64,000 nucleotides of DNA from an uncultured virus (IMG/VR IMGVR_UViG_3300009111_000004). Taxonomy: Duplodnaviria > Heunggongvirae > Uroviricota > Caudoviricetes. This document shows positions 60,970 to 64,000 of the stretch, piece by piece. The stretch lies in IMG/VR virus record IMGVR_UViG_3300009111_000004. The stretch is one strand, 5' to 3'. Positions within the stretch are counted from its first letter, which is position 1, and each line of letters begins with the position of its first letter. A program made the position numbers and the translations under genes. Below the pieces are notes generated by a model. The model did no database searches. It saw only the letters and a program-made list of their open reading frames with translations, and was not told the origin of the DNA.

Positions 60970-61244
60970 TAACTATCTAGTCTCCAATTACGCCAAGTAG
61001 TTGAAGTTGCACGTAATACAGAGATTTGTCGTTTTGCTTCAACCTTACCCGATCCATGGCAAGTGTAACAGTTAACTCTAGGGTTGGATTCGCAGAAAGT
61101 TATTTGGCTTCCGACCGCTAATCCATTACAAGCCTTACATTTACAGCTAGGACAATAGATTTTTGCTGTGTCGAATTCGCTAATTTTAACATTGGCTTCA
61201 AAGGTAGATTGGCAGTCAGGACAAGAATAATCATATATAGCCAT
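60969..61244 (-). CDS. FmdB-like zinc-ribbon protein
   Basis: MAIYDYSCPDC...FE...CPSC, plus CKACNG and CYTCHGSG. Confidence 0.75.
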   Translation of the reverse strand: MAIYDYSCPDCQSTFEANVKISEFDTAKIYCPSCKCKACNGLAVGSQITFCESNPRVNCYTCHGSGKVEAKRQISVLRATSTTWRNWRLDS

Positions 61245-61246
61245 AA

Positions 61247-62476
61247 TTAACCCTCATTATTAAAAATTCGTTTAAAGATCGTGTCAATATATTTATGATC
61301 ATCTATAGTAATGTTTTCTTGTAAGGTACCATCTATAGCTGCTCGTTGAACTTCACTATAGGCGGCTTGGCGGTTTAAACCTGACTGTATTAGATTAAGT
61401 AACGTAGTTTGTGATTGGCGATAGTCCTTACTTATATCTAAGTTGGCTTGCATTTTATCTTTATCCACAGTCAGACCATTTAGAATAGATAAAAATCTGG
61501 TAAGCATGAAATCTAATGCAATAGTTGTATCTGGTGCAATAATTCGTTCGACTGATGAGTGAGAGAGATCACGCTCTCCCCACAGAGAAATGTCTTCTAA
61601 TGCACAGAGAGCATACCCCCTAATGAGTCGGGCCATTCCACATAAATTTTCTGCGAGAATAGGATTACGTTTATGTGGCATCGCAGAAGAACCTTGCTGC
61701 TCTTTAGAAAATGGCTCTGCGAGTTCAGCAATCTCTGTTCTTTGAAGATTTCGAATTTCCGTAGCAAATCGTTCAATAGAAGAAGCGCAAATGGCGAGGG
61801 TGGTGAAAAATTCGGCGTGGCGGTCTCTAGGAATAATTTGGGTTGATACAGGCTCCATTTCTAGATCAAATTCTTTACAAACAAATTCTTCCACAACCGG
61901 AGATAGATGGGCGTATGTACCTACTGCCCCCGAGATTTTTCCAGTGGAGATACCATCGATTGCCTGAATTAAACGATTAATATTTCTTTGAGTTTCTGTG
62001 TACCAAGATGCGATTTTAAGACCAAGAGTAATTGGCTCAGCATGCATTCCATGAGTACGACCGATCATTGGGGTATGTTGATACTCATAAGATAGGTTCT
62101 TAAGTTTACTTAATATCTCTTGAAGATCATTTAAGAGCACCATTCCTGATTCTTTAAGTAATAAAGATAGAGTTGTATCCATCACATCTGATGATGTCAT
62201 TCCGTAGTGGATATATCTCATTAGAGGGTGATGAATACTCTCTGAAAGGAAAGCTAGGAAAGCCGTGAATTCATGTTTAGTTTGAGATTCTAATTTTTCA
62301 ATTCGTTGTGTGTCTGAATTAGTAATCTCCGGAATAGATGGTAGATCTCCTGTAGGAACAATATCAGCAATCATCATACCCTGCAGTGCACTCAATTCAA
62401 TATCCACCCATTTCTGGTATCGGTTAGTAGATGACCAGATTTTGCTCATTATGCCTCTAGTATAACGGTCGATCAA
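61247..62476 (-). CDS. purB: Adenylosuccinate lyase
   Basis: MIDRY, HYGMTSSD, GRTHG, GAVGT and the SSAMPHKRNP signature. Confidence 0.95.
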   Translation of the reverse strand: MIDRYTRGIMSKIWSSTNRYQKWVDIELSALQGMMIADIVPTGDLPSIPEITNSDTQRIEKLESQTKHEFTAFLAFLSESIHHPLMRYIHYGMTSSDVMDTTLSLLLKESGMVLLNDLQEILSKLKNLSYEYQHTPMIGRTHGMHAEPITLGLKIASWYTETQRNINRLIQAIDGISTGKISGAVGTYAHLSPVVEEFVCKEFDLEMEPVSTQIIPRDRHAEFFTTLAICASSIERFATEIRNLQRTEIAELAEPFSKEQQGSSAMPHKRNPILAENLCGMARLIRGYALCALEDISLWGERDLSHSSVERIIAPDTTIALDFMLTRFLSILNGLTVDKDKMQANLDISKDYRQSQTTLLNLIQSGLNRQAAYSEVQRAAIDGTLQENITIDDHKYIDTIFKRIFNNEG

Positions 62477-63726
62477 TTTGTCTCCTCGATATTAACTGAA
62501 TTGCAAAGAATGGGCTTAACTGCCTGTACATAATCGTTTAGTAACTCTAAATCTTCGCCACCAGGGACATTTTTGGCTTTGCCCCAGCTTTTTACTAGTA
62601 AGTCGAAAATGAATTGTCTCGCAATTTGGCCCATAAAAAATACTAGGAGTGATCGCTTATCTTCGATTTTATTATCTGTTCCGGCCCGCGTTTTAAAGTG
62701 TTTGATTAATTCTGACTCTGACTTTGATATACCTAGATAGTGTAGATATAAGTCTTGAGCCTTTTGAGTTAACCATTGGACTGGTAATAGATCTACAGTC
62801 ACTAAGTCTGATTTACATAATTCAGTTAGACATGACTGAAAGACCATTTCATCGCGAGTAGATTTCCACTCTTCGGTAACTTGCTTAGTTATTTTAGTGA
62901 TTAGTTCAGCATAGGTACTAACGCCATGAATTTTAGCTAGTTCTAAATCGTCTGGTATCTCTCGTTTATAAATTTGATTAACAGTGAGTTGAACCATCCC
63001 CTTTTTTCCACGCATCTCTGGGGTAAATTGTTCATTAAGAGTAATATTAACAACTGTAGTCTCTCCATGAACCATATCAAGAAGAGCCTCGTACATTTCC
63101 GGAATACGGAAGGTTTCTGGACGCATTAACCATTTATTGTCTTCAAAGGTCCCCTGAGCCCATGGTTGTAAATCAATTATAGACTTAGCACTAATAGACA
63201 CTACCATATCCGGCTGAACAGAAGCTCCATCGGCTTCTGGTATAAGAATTACTGCCTGCTCACGTATTTGGGCAAGTTGATTTTGGACTAGATCTTGAAG
63301 GATTTTGTCTGGATGTTTAGGCATCTTAATAGTAAGTGGTGAAGTAATTCCGGGCGGTGATCCTTGTTTCCAGATGACAACTGGCTCAGGGCAAAATCTA
63401 GTATTTAGCGTGTAACTACTAATACCCTCTTCAACTACTATGAAATCAATTAGTAGTGTAGACTTTTTCTGGGCCTTTAAGTGGTCTCTGATTATTTGAG
63501 TAAATACCGGCTGATAGAAGGTTGCTAGTCCACCTGATAGCTTAACTACTCGATCCCGTGGTGGATGACGATATCCACCTTTAGTGGCCGCACGTATTAA
63601 AGTTTCAGGTAGTTTATCCTTATATTGATTCCAATATGCTTGTAATGCTGGCTCAACTATAGCTTTATCTAAAACTAATTCTAATGATTCGACGGTGGTT
63701 TTATGATCGGTAGGTGTGTCTGTCAT
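62473..63726 (-). CDS. Divergent trigger-factor-like protein
   Basis: Three-part layout; FKBP-like core (DMVVSI...IPEMYEALLDMVHGETTVVNIT...GKKG..QLTVNQIYKREIPDD) followed by LAKIHGVSTYAEL. Confidence 0.65.
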   Translation of the reverse strand: MTDTPTDHKTTVESLELVLDKAIVEPALQAYWNQYKDKLPETLIRAATKGGYRHPPRDRVVKLSGGLATFYQPVFTQIIRDHLKAQKKSTLLIDFIVVEEGISSYTLNTRFCPEPVVIWKQGSPPGITSPLTIKMPKHPDKILQDLVQNQLAQIREQAVILIPEADGASVQPDMVVSISAKSIIDLQPWAQGTFEDNKWLMRPETFRIPEMYEALLDMVHGETTVVNITLNEQFTPEMRGKKGMVQLTVNQIYKREIPDDLELAKIHGVSTYAELITKITKQVTEEWKSTRDEMVFQSCLTELCKSDLVTVDLLPVQWLTQKAQDLYLHYLGISKSESELIKHFKTRAGTDNKIEDKRSLLVFFMGQIARQFIFDLLVKSWGKAKNVPGGEDLELLNDYVQAVKPILCNSVNIEETN

Positions 63727-63734
63727 AGTGTGTC

Positions 63735-63890
63735 TTATGGTGATGGGGGATATGCATCCCATGAAGGTAAAGTAGTCTGTGCGATAAACTCATCGAAAGT
63801 CATATGGCCCATATGTTCGATCCAGTCAGGATCTTGTTCGGCCCAACAATAATGAAACCAATAACGGAACATATAGTTTAGTTCGGTCAT
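63735..63890 (-). CDS. 51-aa hypothetical protein (MTELNYMFRYWFHY...)
   Basis: ATGA-coupled to an upstream truncated ORF (63887 to beyond 64000). Confidence 0.45.
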   Translation of the reverse strand: MTELNYMFRYWFHYCWAEQDPDWIEHMGHMTFDEFIAQTTLPSWDAYPPSP

Positions 63891-64000
63891 ATTTGATCAT
63901 TGATGTTCGTATTTAGACAGATTGGTTTCAGCTCGTACAATAGCACTTTATGAAGTTTACAGGTAAATAGATGATTATATGCTGATTCCCAGACCATATT

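Noticed and set aside
1..64000. Stop-codon reassignment
   Set aside because: Long intact ORFs under the standard code, with TAA, TAG and TGA all ending tightly packed genes
1..64000. tRNA genes, integrase, endolysin, reverse transcriptase/DGR
   Set aside because: None recognisable by eye. The 42-bp repeat is exact, the 60-bp leader repeat does not differ specifically at adenines, and no RT is present

Overview
This window is part of a large, AT-rich, contractile-tailed (myovirus-like) phage genome in the standard genetic code. From about 2.4 to 58.6 kb the + strand carries a nearly complete virion morphogenesis region: very large head-associated proteins, a probable small terminase, large terminase, portal, prohead protease/scaffold, head decoration protein, major capsid protein, holin-like genes, neck, sheath, tube, a frameshifted tail chaperone, tape measure, baseplate and a Gly-rich tail fibre. 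It is flanked by a family of small 'GQVW...KFII' paralogues, nucleotide-metabolism genes (dCMP deaminase, a MazG-like protein, purB), a metallophosphoesterase and a degenerate trigger factor. The strongest unexplained signal is a recurrent [K/R]-x-A-Q junction motif that separates unrelated domains in the head-region proteins. It also bounds repeat-flanked cassettes inside the protease gene and ends a shared 20-aa leader on stand-alone genes. I infer a protease-released, capsid-loaded cargo system, one cargo of which is an Acb1-like 2H phosphoesterase. Six sigma54-type (-24/-12) promoter motifs point to an RpoN-using host. All product calls come from motif recognition and synteny by eye; no database searches were run.
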